Below, piece after piece: positions 17,429 through 25,672 of a stretch of 64,000 nt of DNA. Positions within the stretch are counted from its first letter, which is position 1; the number at the start of each line of letters is the position of its first letter. Under the pieces are notes generated by a model, which made no database searches, had not been told where the DNA came from, and saw only the letters and a list, made by a program, of their open reading frames with translations. Position numbers and translations under genes: made by a program. Source of the stretch: a virus; IMG/VR virus record IMGVR_UViG_3300032325_000432, positions 6,822 to 70,821 of that record. One strand, given 5' to 3'.

Positions 17429-18270
17429 TTACCATACTATTTTTATGCACAACACTACTTTTTGACTCTACCGGAGTAGCTAATGACTATCATTTCGTCT
17501 TTAATAAGGTATATAACGTGAGATATTCCGCCAAATCAAGAGTTATATCTGTCGGCTTAAGACTTTTCGATTTAAAAAAACATAGAGACTTGATGCCAAA
17601 AGATACTGTGTATAATGAAGTGTTATCATACTCAGAAGAAGTTCCTTTTGGAGATGAACACGGTAGAAGCACTAATGTACATGAAACAGTTCATGGAATA
17701 AATGCTGCTATAAGAAACAAATATAAGATTATGCTCAAAAAAAATCTTAATGGTTTCTATGCTGGTGCTGGCAAAGGAATACTAGTTGAAAATCCTCCTC
17801 TTAAAATAAGAGATATCATACCGTTTATACCAGAAGTTGTGAGAGGATATAGATACAACCTATATTTTGTAAAACAACTAGGAGACTGGAATGATACTCC
17901 TACTTATCCGATGGATGAATGGTCTGCATATATAGCTGGAGCTGAATGTGCAGTCGATGATGCTATTAGAGATATTCGACTCAAAGAAAAAAGCGATAGC
18001 GTATCTGGAGCATTAGAGTTTAGTATCTATTGTTCTGCATTAGCTTTAGCAGTTAAAACTAAGTGTAAAGATTACTGGGATAATAATGAACAATTCAAAA
18101 ATGTAATTAAATACTATTTGATAAAATCAGAAAAAGCATTCTTTGAAGGACAAGAATTATTCCCCTCTCCTAAACAGGATTTATTATTGTTTCATCTAAG
18201 AGAACACAAAGACGCAGCGGAACTTCGTAATTTTTTATTGCTAGAATTTGATGGCATTTTTGTAGACTAA
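17410..18270 (+). CDS. secreted HExxH protein, possible metallopeptidase
   Basis: signal-like N-terminus, VHETVHGIN, downstream DEWSAY. Confidence 0.6.
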   Translation: MDRYKVITILFLCTTLLFDSTGVANDYHFVFNKVYNVRYSAKSRVISVGLRLFDLKKHRDLMPKDTVYNEVLSYSEEVPFGDEHGRSTNVHETVHGINAAIRNKYKIMLKKNLNGFYAGAGKGILVENPPLKIRDIIPFIPEVVRGYRYNLYFVKQLGDWNDTPTYPMDEWSAYIAGAECAVDDAIRDIRLKEKSDSVSGALEFSIYCSALALAVKTKCKDYWDNNEQFKNVIKYYLIKSEKAFFEGQELFPSPKQDLLLFHLREHKDAAELRNFLLLEFDGIFVD

Positions 18271-18429
18271 CATATCAAAACGAGCCTAGTCGCTTTTAGA
18301 GAACGCTCTTATTGATGCGTAGCAATGACCACAAACGGACTTTTAAATAGGATACTGCGTCGATACACTCCTTCTAAATGGAACGAGAATACGTTTTTGG
18401 TTGCCTCATTTTTTTTTCAAGTGCGTCTA

Positions 18430-18458
18430 TTGACATAGCCGATACCACAGAGTACAAT
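18430..18458 (+). promoter_or_regulatory. sigma70-type promoter with GCCGATA box
   Basis: TTGACA-17 bp-TACAAT. Confidence 0.82.
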
Positions 18459-18535
18459 GAAAGTGTTGATCAGGTATGATCGGTCGCGTGACCGAAACTG
18501 ACAACTAAATGAGGTTTAGTTTTTGGAGGTGATTT

Positions 18536-18817
18536 ATGGCAGAGGTTACTACTACAGAGAAGCAGAGTCGTGTTCGTTGCAGTGATGATCAGTTCCTTGA
18601 GGCAGTTTTTTCCAGCAAGACTTATGCTGAGATTGCGTCAAAGACGGGTCAGAAGGTTGCTAGTACGATGGCTCGTTATGCTCGTACAAAGGAGGCTCTC
18701 AAGACCAAGGGTGTTGAACTTCCCGCTATGGAACGAGCAAAGCCAGTTAAGACTGTTGATAATGTCGAGGCTATGGCTGATATTGTCCGTCGAATCAAGG
18801 CTCATACGAACTCTTGA
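18536..18817 (+). CDS. small basic HTH-like DNA-binding protein
   Basis: TYAEIASKTGQKVASTMARY helix-turn-helix pattern; GGAGGTGA RBS; two leader hairpins (about 18480-18520). Confidence 0.7.
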   Translation: MAEVTTTEKQSRVRCSDDQFLEAVFSSKTYAEIASKTGQKVASTMARYARTKEALKTKGVELPAMERAKPVKTVDNVEAMADIVRRIKAHTNS

Positions 18818-18830
18818 TTCTGATCCTAAA

Positions 18831-18917
18831 TGCTTCCAACTACATCCCTCGTAAACATTATTAGAGACAACATAGATAACAATCTAATTAATCGTTACGA
18901 TATGTAGCTTGGAAGTA
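18831..18917 (+). other. long imperfect inverted repeat (stem-loop) upstream of tRNA-Leu
   Basis: GCTTCCAA-CTACAT...TCGTAA...TTAGA pairs with TCTAA...TTACGA...ATGTAG-C-TTGGAAGT. Confidence 0.7.
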
Positions 18918-18920
18918 TAT

Positions 18921-19200
18921 GGGGCTTTGGCGAAATAGGCAGACGCAAGGGACTTATACAATTTGAGTGCTTAAGGAGAAATCTTTAAAGTAGAACCTGT
19001 CAAAGTCGGTGAACCTTTTAAAATGGGAATACCGAGCCAAGCATAGAAATATGAAGGTGTAGAGACTTGACGGCAGGAACCTAAAGTAATAACTATGGTT
19101 AAGGTAAAGTCCAGACTACAAACAGAAATGGTAACGAAAGTTATAGTAGTAAGAAAATCCCTCGGAGAAATCCATGTGGGTTCGACCCCCACAAGCCCCA
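18921..19200 (+). tRNA. trnL: tRNA-Leu (UAA) interrupted by a group I intron (exons 18921-18955 and 19154-19200)
   Basis: acceptor GGGGCTT/AAGCCCC; spliced anticodon arm AGGGA-CTTAAAA-TCCCT; long variable arm; T arm GTGGG-TTCGACC-CCCAC. Confidence 0.93.
18956..19153 (+). mobile_element. group I intron (198 nt, no ORF), trnL-UAA type
   Basis: exon U before 5' splice site with P1 ACTT/GAGT; P/Q AAGTCGGTGAA and AATACCGAGCCAAGC; R GTGTAGAGACT; S AAGGTAAAGTCCA; terminal G. Confidence 0.9.
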
Positions 19201-19248
19201 CTATTTATTTTTTCCACGATAATTATCAGTTGCAGGATATAAAATCTT

Positions 19249-19479
19249 ATGACATTTGACCAATGGCTCAATGAAATCGAAGGATATAGTGTTAGGCACG
19301 AAAGAGCTATGAGCGACATAAGAAATTGTGTTGCAAAAGGAGAAACTGACGATATAATTAAATGGTTGATGGCAGCTTATGCTATGGGCCACGAACAAGG
19401 TTATAATACTGGATATTATGACTCTAATGAAGATTGCAAAGAACAACTTGATGAATACCGAATGGGCGATGACTTTTAA
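19249..19479 (+). CDS. hypothetical protein
   Basis: TFDQWLNEIEGYSVRHER pattern. Confidence 0.7.
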   Translation: MTFDQWLNEIEGYSVRHERAMSDIRNCVAKGETDDIIKWLMAAYAMGHEQGYNTGYYDSNEDCKEQLDEYRMGDDF

Positions 19480-19493
19480 CCAAAGGATATATA

Positions 19494-19709
19494 ATGACAA
19501 AAAGTTCTCTTGATCTATATAAGGTTGGTAGTAGAGTAAAGTTGACTGATGATGTTGACGGAACTATTACTGGAATAAATATTAGCTCTAATAATACTGT
19601 TATTTATGAGTGTGGTTGGTGGAATGGTCGCTCTTATACCAAAGATCATTTTAATGCAGAGCAAATAGAAGCAACAGTTGCAGATAAAGTTCGTATCGGA
19701 TTTGCATGA
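19494..19709 (+). CDS. small beta-barrel hypothetical protein
   Basis: AAGGA RBS; KVGSRVKL...YECGWW. Confidence 0.65.
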   Translation: MTKSSLDLYKVGSRVKLTDDVDGTITGINISSNNTVIYECGWWNGRSYTKDHFNAEQIEATVADKVRIGFA

Positions 19710-20002
19710 TAGAAGAATATGAAAACTGGGAAGATAACATAAGAAAAACCTTTATAGAACTGGCAACTTATATGGACAAAAATTCTGATCCTCTTGAAAG
19801 CATTATTGATTTTGCCTGGGCAAGTGGTGCTGATCTTTTCTTTGTTCAAAACGCTAAGGATGAACTTAAAAGACTAAAAGAGAAAAATAAGGAATGGGCT
19901 GCGGAAGTTTATAGAGCTAATGAATTTGCTGTTGAACAAACTAACGAATATCTAAAAATATCCCAGCAGATGCAGACTTTAAAAAATTCTCTTGAGTCCT
20001 GA
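19706..20002 (+). CDS. hypothetical protein
   Basis: ATGA overlap. Confidence 0.65.
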   Translation: MIEEYENWEDNIRKTFIELATYMDKNSDPLESIIDFAWASGADLFFVQNAKDELKRLKEKNKEWAAEVYRANEFAVEQTNEYLKISQQMQTLKNSLES

Positions 20003-20013
20003 TAGGAAAAATC

Positions 20014-20334
20014 ATGGGTAATACTTTATGCAATGGCAGAGTTAAGAATAATAATCCTAAGTCCCCTATAGAATATTTCTTACTCGTAACAGTAAGAGAA
20101 TATAGTGACTATGAGGGAGGTACTTATATAGATGAAGTCAGAACTGCCGCAGAATTCTTAGAAAAAGACAAAGACGCTTATGATGACCCTTTTTATCAGA
20201 TATATGGATCAGTACCAGTTGATATTGATGGGCTGCCAACAACTGTTTTTCTTGGCGAGTTTTACTCAATAGATAAGGCAAGAAATTTTTTGTATAATCT
20301 TACTGGTGAAGTTCCACAGATTATCTCTTATTGA
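20014..20334 (+). CDS. hypothetical protein
   Basis: AGGA RBS. Confidence 0.65.
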   Translation: MGNTLCNGRVKNNNPKSPIEYFLLVTVREYSDYEGGTYIDEVRTAAEFLEKDKDAYDDPFYQIYGSVPVDIDGLPTTVFLGEFYSIDKARNFLYNLTGEVPQIISY

Positions 20335-20335
20335 T

Positions 20336-20860
20336 ATGGTAAGCTCAAAATATAAAATTGATCTATCTGACTACTATAGTGCTGATGGTGGATATTGTAC
20401 TCTTTTTAAGATATCTAATCAGCCATTTATAGGATTTAAGGAGTTTATCTCTAAAGCCAGAGCGGAATACGCCAGAAAAATTCAGCTTAAATTAAGTAAG
20501 CATGATCTGGCTCCTAAAGTATGCTCTGAATTATGTAAGATGGGCTATGAGCCACTATTTACTCATCAAATAAGCGGTTGGGGATACGTTACAGAATTAG
20601 CTAAACCCACCAATACAAATATACAATTATGGAGAATACAGGGTCTAGTCGATAATATTTTTGATAGAACAAAGCTAAAATTTTGGGACTGTCATTCGGC
20701 TAATCTTGGATATATTGTAAGAGAAGGAAAGAATAAGCTAGTTTGTATTGATACTGGTAAAGAAACGTGGGATGGATATTCTAATTATTTTGGAAACTCT
20801 GATCCTGGCCCAAAGTGTTCATATTGTTTAAAATATCAATGTAAGTGTGAAGGAATTTAA
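20336..20860 (+). CDS. minimal protein-kinase-like protein
   Basis: GG loop, GFKEF Lys, LAPKV, WDCHSANLG catalytic loop, CIDTG; C-terminal Cys cluster. Confidence 0.65.
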   Translation: MVSSKYKIDLSDYYSADGGYCTLFKISNQPFIGFKEFISKARAEYARKIQLKLSKHDLAPKVCSELCKMGYEPLFTHQISGWGYVTELAKPTNTNIQLWRIQGLVDNIFDRTKLKFWDCHSANLGYIVREGKNKLVCIDTGKETWDGYSNYFGNSDPGPKCSYCLKYQCKCEGI

Positions 20861-20861
20861 A

Positions 20862-21215
20862 ATGCCATATATTAAAGAAGATCGTAGAAAAGGTCTGGAT
20901 GAATGTATAGACGTAATGGTAAAATGTCTGAAGAGTAATGTGCCAAATGACAATATTAAAAATCCTTGGTCTGATCCTCAAAATAGAGGAATATCAAATC
21001 AGGAATTACTTGATATTTGTGGAGACATTAATTATACTTTTAGTCGTATTTTAGGGGGTGTTATGGGAGATATTTCATACCCTAAGATTGCTGTGATTAC
21101 TGGTGTATTAGAGAATATCAAGCAAGAATTTTATCGTCGAGTAGCAGTACCATATGAAAACCAAAAGATAAACGAGAATGGCGATATCAGAGAATATAAA
21201 TTACTAAAAGAATAA
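20862..21215 (+). CDS. conserved phage hypothetical protein (MPYIK family)
   Basis: MPYIK...GDINY...GVLE..KQEFYRR..PYE..KI..NGD. Confidence 0.75.
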   Translation: MPYIKEDRRKGLDECIDVMVKCLKSNVPNDNIKNPWSDPQNRGISNQELLDICGDINYTFSRILGGVMGDISYPKIAVITGVLENIKQEFYRRVAVPYENQKINENGDIREYKLLKE

Positions 21216-21227
21216 AGAAAGAAACAT

Positions 21228-21536
21228 ATGTCTCGTGATTTTGACAACATCATTAAAGAAATAGTTAAAAACAATAAAGAGCTAGATAAAATGGATGATA
21301 AAATATCTAAAAATATCTCCGGTCTAGAAAAAGATATCGCTATAATTAAGAAAGATATGAAAACCATTTCTTCTAAACTAGATGGTATTTTTGATATGCT
21401 AAGTAGTCTTTCTGTTTTTATAGAAGATGCTGAGAATATCGTATCAGAAGATGAAGAAGAATATACATCTAATGAGGGATGGTTGCCAGAGCTTAATAAG
21501 TGGGAAAACGAACAAGATGATGAGGACGAGGATTAA
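21228..21536 (+). CDS. coiled-coil protein with acidic tail
   Basis: ORF track. Confidence 0.65.
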   Translation: MSRDFDNIIKEIVKNNKELDKMDDKISKNISGLEKDIAIIKKDMKTISSKLDGIFDMLSSLSVFIEDAENIVSEDEEEYTSNEGWLPELNKWENEQDDEDED

Positions 21537-21787
21537 TGGCTAGTTTAGCTCTAATAGTAACGATTATTTTTTTATCTGTACTAATCATAGGGCCATTAAG
21601 TTACATATTATCTTTGTTTGATTGGATGCCAAAGTTTGTTGTATGGATTATGGGATTACTCTGCATACTGGTAGGAGGTCTGACATTCGCTTTGCCAGTG
21701 GTCTTTTTAAAAGTTTTGGGTCTGATAGACATAGCCATTGGGTTTAAAATAATCTCAGACAGACAACAAAAGAAAAGTGGTGCTTGA
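21536..21787 (+). CDS. membrane protein (about 3 TM)
   Basis: highly hydrophobic; TAATG overlap. Confidence 0.7.
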   Translation: MASLALIVTIIFLSVLIIGPLSYILSLFDWMPKFVVWIMGLLCILVGGLTFALPVVFLKVLGLIDIAIGFKIISDRQQKKSGA

Positions 21788-21812
21788 CAAGATGATTTGC
21801 CGATGGTATACT
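21784..21812 (+). promoter_or_regulatory. sigma70-type promoter of rIIA with GCCGAT box
   Basis: TTGACA-17 bp-TATACT with TG extension. Confidence 0.82.
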
Positions 21813-21852
21813 TGAGCCATCACAGGAACGATAACACTTTTGGAGAATACAG

Positions 21853-24528
21853 ATGAAGTTGGCAGATAGGACGATTGAGACTCACAGCGTTGGAGTTGCA
21901 AGTAGGAATCAGTTCAATATTGCTCAGACGAGCAAGATGTTTAAAATCCTTTCAGACTCTCTTTATTCTGATAAGGTTATGGCTGCGATTCGTGAGCTTT
22001 CTACTAATGCTTATGATAGCCATATCTCTGCCGGGAATAAGAATCCCTTCAAGGTTACTCTGCCCACTGCTGCTAATCCTACCTTTATGGTGAGGGATTA
22101 TGGTACTGGTCTTAGTCAGGAAGATATGGAGGACTTGTATACCACTTATGGTGCTTCCAACAAGAATGATAGTAACGATTTTGTTGGTTGTCTTGGTCTA
22201 GGGTCTAAGAGTCCCTTCGCATATACCAAGAGTTTTACCACCGCATCATATTATAACGGTAAGAAGTATACTTATATTGCGGCGATTGACGAGAGTGGTG
22301 TTCCTACGCTGAATCTTTTCAATACTTCTAATACGTCTGAACCTAATGGTCTTGAGATTAGTTTTGCTGTTAAGCAGCATGACTTTCAAGAGTTTACAGA
22401 CAAGGCTAAGAGAATCTTCCACTATTTCCGTATGAAACCCATCCTTGAAGGTGGTATCGGGAATAATCTGCAAGATCATAAGTATAGCAATACTAATATC
22501 ATCATTAGTGGTGAAGGTTGGAGGGTTTGCCGACTCAACAATGATAATAACTATTTCCCTAATGGGTATCATCGAATTGATAGTGGTATTGTAGCTATCA
22601 TGGGTAATATCGCCTATCCTGTTCAGACCGCACAGATTGTTGGTCAAGAGAAGGATGAGATGCCCGATCATATCCAGAAGTGGAATAGAGCTTTCCAGAA
22701 AGCAGATATTGATTCTTGGAAGAGCTTTGTGGGAGAGATTCTCAACTCCGGTCTTTATCTTGAGCTTGATTTTGGTATCGGTGAACTGGAAATGGACGTT
22801 TCCCGTGAAGGTTTGCAGTATACTAAGGACGTTATCAAGACTCTTCGTAAAAAGACCCAAGAAATTTACATGGAGATGAAGGAAGAATTCTCCAAAAAGA
22901 TTAAGTCTGCCCAGAATAAGGTAGAAGCAATTACTTCATACTATACTATGAATGAATTGGCTGGCGGCTGGGGTGTTGGTGCAACTTGGACTGATCCAAA
23001 GGGCAAAGATCATCCTATCAACTCTGGCAATGACTTGGAATATAAAATTCCTGCCGGTAAGAGTCTGTACGTTTTTAATTATAAGACTGCTGGCTATCGT
23101 TCTCGTCGCCAAGTTGCTCTCACAGATAGAATCCATCACGAAACCCTGACTGGTAAAGGTTCCTACTATTGGAATAACCAGAAGAAGAAGGGTAAGATGA
23201 GTTTCTTTGTGTGCGATGTTGCTAGTGAAGAAAGCGCCAAGAAGATTCTTACAAGGTTTTGTAATGCGAACGATTGCTTTGCTTATCTGATGATCGACAC
23301 TAAGGATCATACAAAAAGCAATGAGGGTTTTGATCAACTGGTCGAAGATGTTGGTGCTGAAAATCTGCTCAAGGTTTCAGACTATAAGCATCTGACACAA
23401 AGTTCTGGCCCAAGAAAGTCTTACAATAGAAATTCTAATGGTAGCGTTAGTGATCAAGATGTATTCTTTATCCACGGATATGATAAGGATAGTAAGCAGA
23501 TTACTAATCCCTATAATGATGCTACGCATCTAAGAATTCTTTCAGAAGAACAACTGGAGAACTTTCTGGAACAAGATGAGATTATTTTTGTTCCCATGTT
23601 GAGATATGGAACGGAACCTGAGTCTGGTTGTCCAGAGATTGCTGGTATTACTAGAACTCTCCAAGAAGATACTCTAAAGAGCATAACCAAGGACTTGATT
23701 GGTAATAGTAAGATTTATGCTATCAAAAAAGCTTTCCTTACAAAGCTTGAGAAAGATGGTTACAATCTTATTAATTTCAACGACTTTTTGAAGCGTCAAC
23801 TCAAAGTTGTGGCACAAAAGCACTTTAAGAATCTTGCTTCTATTAACAAGCTTGTTGAATATTGCAAGAAGGACTATGCTACAGAAGAAAAGACTGGTGG
23901 TGGATATAGATATTATCAGCACGGAACAACAGATAAGCAGTTTATGTTTCATATTCTGAATATCTTTGGTCTAGATTATGACAAGTTTATTAACAACAAG
24001 AACCTTGTGGACTGTTTGAATAAGACCATGCTCACAGAGTTCTTTGCTTACACTGTTCATGTCGCTCCTTTTAATATTCCACGATTTAGCCAAACAGAAT
24101 ATCTTTCGCATATCTCTAAGCTTATGAAAGAGGTAGGGATTGATAATGTGGACGGCAAGGAAATTCGTAACGCTAATTTGGCTTATAATACCTTGACGAA
24201 CATGATTGTTAATTACTTGTATTCTGGTAATAATAATGCAGAGGCTTATCTGAAGATTATTCGTGGAACTTCTGAGGAAGATTTGAAGAGGTGGAAAATC
24301 TCTGAGATTAGGGAGAAGATTAAGACTGAGGTAGACAAGAACCCTATGCTCAAGGTTATTATGGGAAATCATCAAGTGTCAGGTAATCTGGTAGATCTTA
24401 AATCTAATCAGAATCCTATCATTGAAGATCGCTCATACTATGGAAAGCAGAGCAGGGATTGGATTGAGCAGATGAGTCAGGAGAATATTGACCTATTTAA
24501 GATTCAGTTGAGCAGTTTGATTAAGTAG
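21853..24528 (+). CDS. rIIA: RIIA-like protein (GHKL ATPase N-terminus)
   Basis: ILSDSLYSDK...IRELSTNAYD, RDYGTG, GCLGLGSKSPFAY, SREGLQY; followed by rIIB. Confidence 0.9.
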   Translation: MKLADRTIETHSVGVASRNQFNIAQTSKMFKILSDSLYSDKVMAAIRELSTNAYDSHISAGNKNPFKVTLPTAANPTFMVRDYGTGLSQEDMEDLYTTYGASNKNDSNDFVGCLGLGSKSPFAYTKSFTTASYYNGKKYTYIAAIDESGVPTLNLFNTSNTSEPNGLEISFAVKQHDFQEFTDKAKRIFHYFRMKPILEGGIGNNLQDHKYSNTNIIISGEGWRVCRLNNDNNYFPNGYHRIDSGIVAIMGNIAYPVQTAQIVGQEKDEMPDHIQKWNRAFQKADIDSWKSFVGEILNSGLYLELDFGIGELEMDVSREGLQYTKDVIKTLRKKTQEIYMEMKEEFSKKIKSAQNKVEAITSYYTMNELAGGWGVGATWTDPKGKDHPINSGNDLEYKIPAGKSLYVFNYKTAGYRSRRQVALTDRIHHETLTGKGSYYWNNQKKKGKMSFFVCDVASEESAKKILTRFCNANDCFAYLMIDTKDHTKSNEGFDQLVEDVGAENLLKVSDYKHLTQSSGPRKSYNRNSNGSVSDQDVFFIHGYDKDSKQITNPYNDATHLRILSEEQLENFLEQDEIIFVPMLRYGTEPESGCPEIAGITRTLQEDTLKSITKDLIGNSKIYAIKKAFLTKLEKDGYNLINFNDFLKRQLKVVAQKHFKNLASINKLVEYCKKDYATEEKTGGGYRYYQHGTTDKQFMFHILNIFGLDYDKFINNKNLVDCLNKTMLTEFFAYTVHVAPFNIPRFSQTEYLSHISKLMKEVGIDNVDGKEIRNANLAYNTLTNMIVNYLYSGNNNAEAYLKIIRGTSEEDLKRWKISEIREKIKTEVDKNPMLKVIMGNHQVSGNLVDLKSNQNPIIEDRSYYGKQSRDWIEQMSQENIDLFKIQLSSLIK

Positions 24529-24549
24529 TCTGGAATTGTTCAAGACCCC

Positions 24550-24577
24550 TTGACAAGTTTGCCGATTAGTGTAAAAT
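24550..24577 (+). promoter_or_regulatory. sigma70-type promoter of rIIB with GCCGAT box
   Basis: TTGACA-16 bp-TAAAAT. Confidence 0.78.
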
Positions 24578-24623
24578 GACAGTATCACAGGTATCGTAAC
24601 TAAAAATATTAGGAGTTTGGATT

Positions 24624-25505
24624 ATGGCTGTTCCGTTTATGTTTGTCGATGGTAATTTGACGCTGGTTCTTAACAACCAGAGTTATCAGGTGTTGCCAGA
24701 TCATATCAACTATAAGTTGATTCTGGAAAGACTCCCTACTGCTACGGCAGAGGAACTGTTGGAAGTTGTTGATGTTCAAAAGGCTGTTGCTACTTTCAGC
24801 GATGGTCTTGTGGAGATCAAGAATGGACAGGTTCTTTATGAGGGAGAGGAAGTACATGGTAGTATCAGCAAGCGTATTCTGGAGTTTATGAGCAAGGGAT
24901 TGCCGTTTCAGCCCCTTGTTAATTTCCTGAATAATCTCATGGAAAATCCAAGTATGCAGAGTCAGAAGGAACTGTATGATTTCTTGGAGCATGAGCATCT
25001 ACCTATCACTGAGGATGGTTTCTTCCTCGCTTATAAGGCTGTTCGTTCAGACTTTAAAGATAAGTACAGAGGAGTTTTTGACAACAGGGTTGGTCAGGTC
25101 TGCCAAATGCAACGAGCAAAGGTAGACGATGATCGTGGTCGTGGTTGTTCTAATGGACTTCATGCTGGAGCATTGAATTATGTTGCTGGCTATGGTAGTC
25201 TGGAGGCTGGCGACCGCATCGTTATCGTCAAGATTAATCCCAAGGATGTTGTGAGTGTTCCTAGCGATTGTAACTATGAAAAGCTCCGCACTTGTCGCTA
25301 CGAAGTAGTTGGTGAGTATGAGGGTGAATTGCTCAAGCCTCTTTATAAGGCTGATTTTAGTCAGGACGATTACGAAGATGATGACGATGATTATCTGAAT
25401 GACTACGATGAAAGCTATTGGGATCAGTTCGATGATGAGGACGAGGATGAGGACGAGGATGAGATGGATGACGAAGATGTGGACAATAATGGTTTCTATA
25501 GGTAA
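24624..25505 (+). CDS. rIIB: RIIB-like protein
   Basis: NPS...ELYDFL...PITEDG.FLAYK, CSNGLH, VKINPKDVVSVP.D..KLRTCRYEV; long acidic tail. Confidence 0.92.
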   Translation: MAVPFMFVDGNLTLVLNNQSYQVLPDHINYKLILERLPTATAEELLEVVDVQKAVATFSDGLVEIKNGQVLYEGEEVHGSISKRILEFMSKGLPFQPLVNFLNNLMENPSMQSQKELYDFLEHEHLPITEDGFFLAYKAVRSDFKDKYRGVFDNRVGQVCQMQRAKVDDDRGRGCSNGLHAGALNYVAGYGSLEAGDRIVIVKINPKDVVSVPSDCNYEKLRTCRYEVVGEYEGELLKPLYKADFSQDDYEDDDDDYLNDYDESYWDQFDDEDEDEDEDEMDDEDVDNNGFYR

Positions 25506-25512
25506 GTAGACA

Positions 25513-25594
25513 AGGTGGTGTTTGGTAACTTGTAAGATAGCACCTTTATAGTTTATGCTATCGTGCAATAACGGTTCGATTCCGTTACCATCTT
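25513..25594 (+). ncRNA. tRNA-like structured element (non-canonical)
   Basis: acceptor AGGTGGT/ACCATCT stacked on T arm AACGG-TTCGATT-CCGTT; mini D hairpin; long stem with 13-nt loop in place of the anticodon arm. Confidence 0.6.
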
Positions 25595-25672
25595 TTAAGA
25601 TATTGCTTTTGATGGTAGTGTTTACTGTCCCAATATCAAAATTGTAGGTAGGAAGTGGAAAAAGGAAAACAA

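Noticed and set aside
18971-19319. minus-strand ORFs as an intron-encoded endonuclease
   Set aside because: they are antisense to the tRNA/intron and have no nuclease motifs; the intron is too short to hold one
25433-25465. GATGAGGACGAG tandem repeat
   Set aside because: simply encodes the Asp/Glu tail of RIIB
21875-25568. multiple antisense and alternate-frame ORFs over rIIA/rIIB (also over ligase, 14939 and others)
   Set aside because: shadow ORFs caused by the codon bias (few TTA/CTA/TCA codons) of real genes; no RBS or motifs
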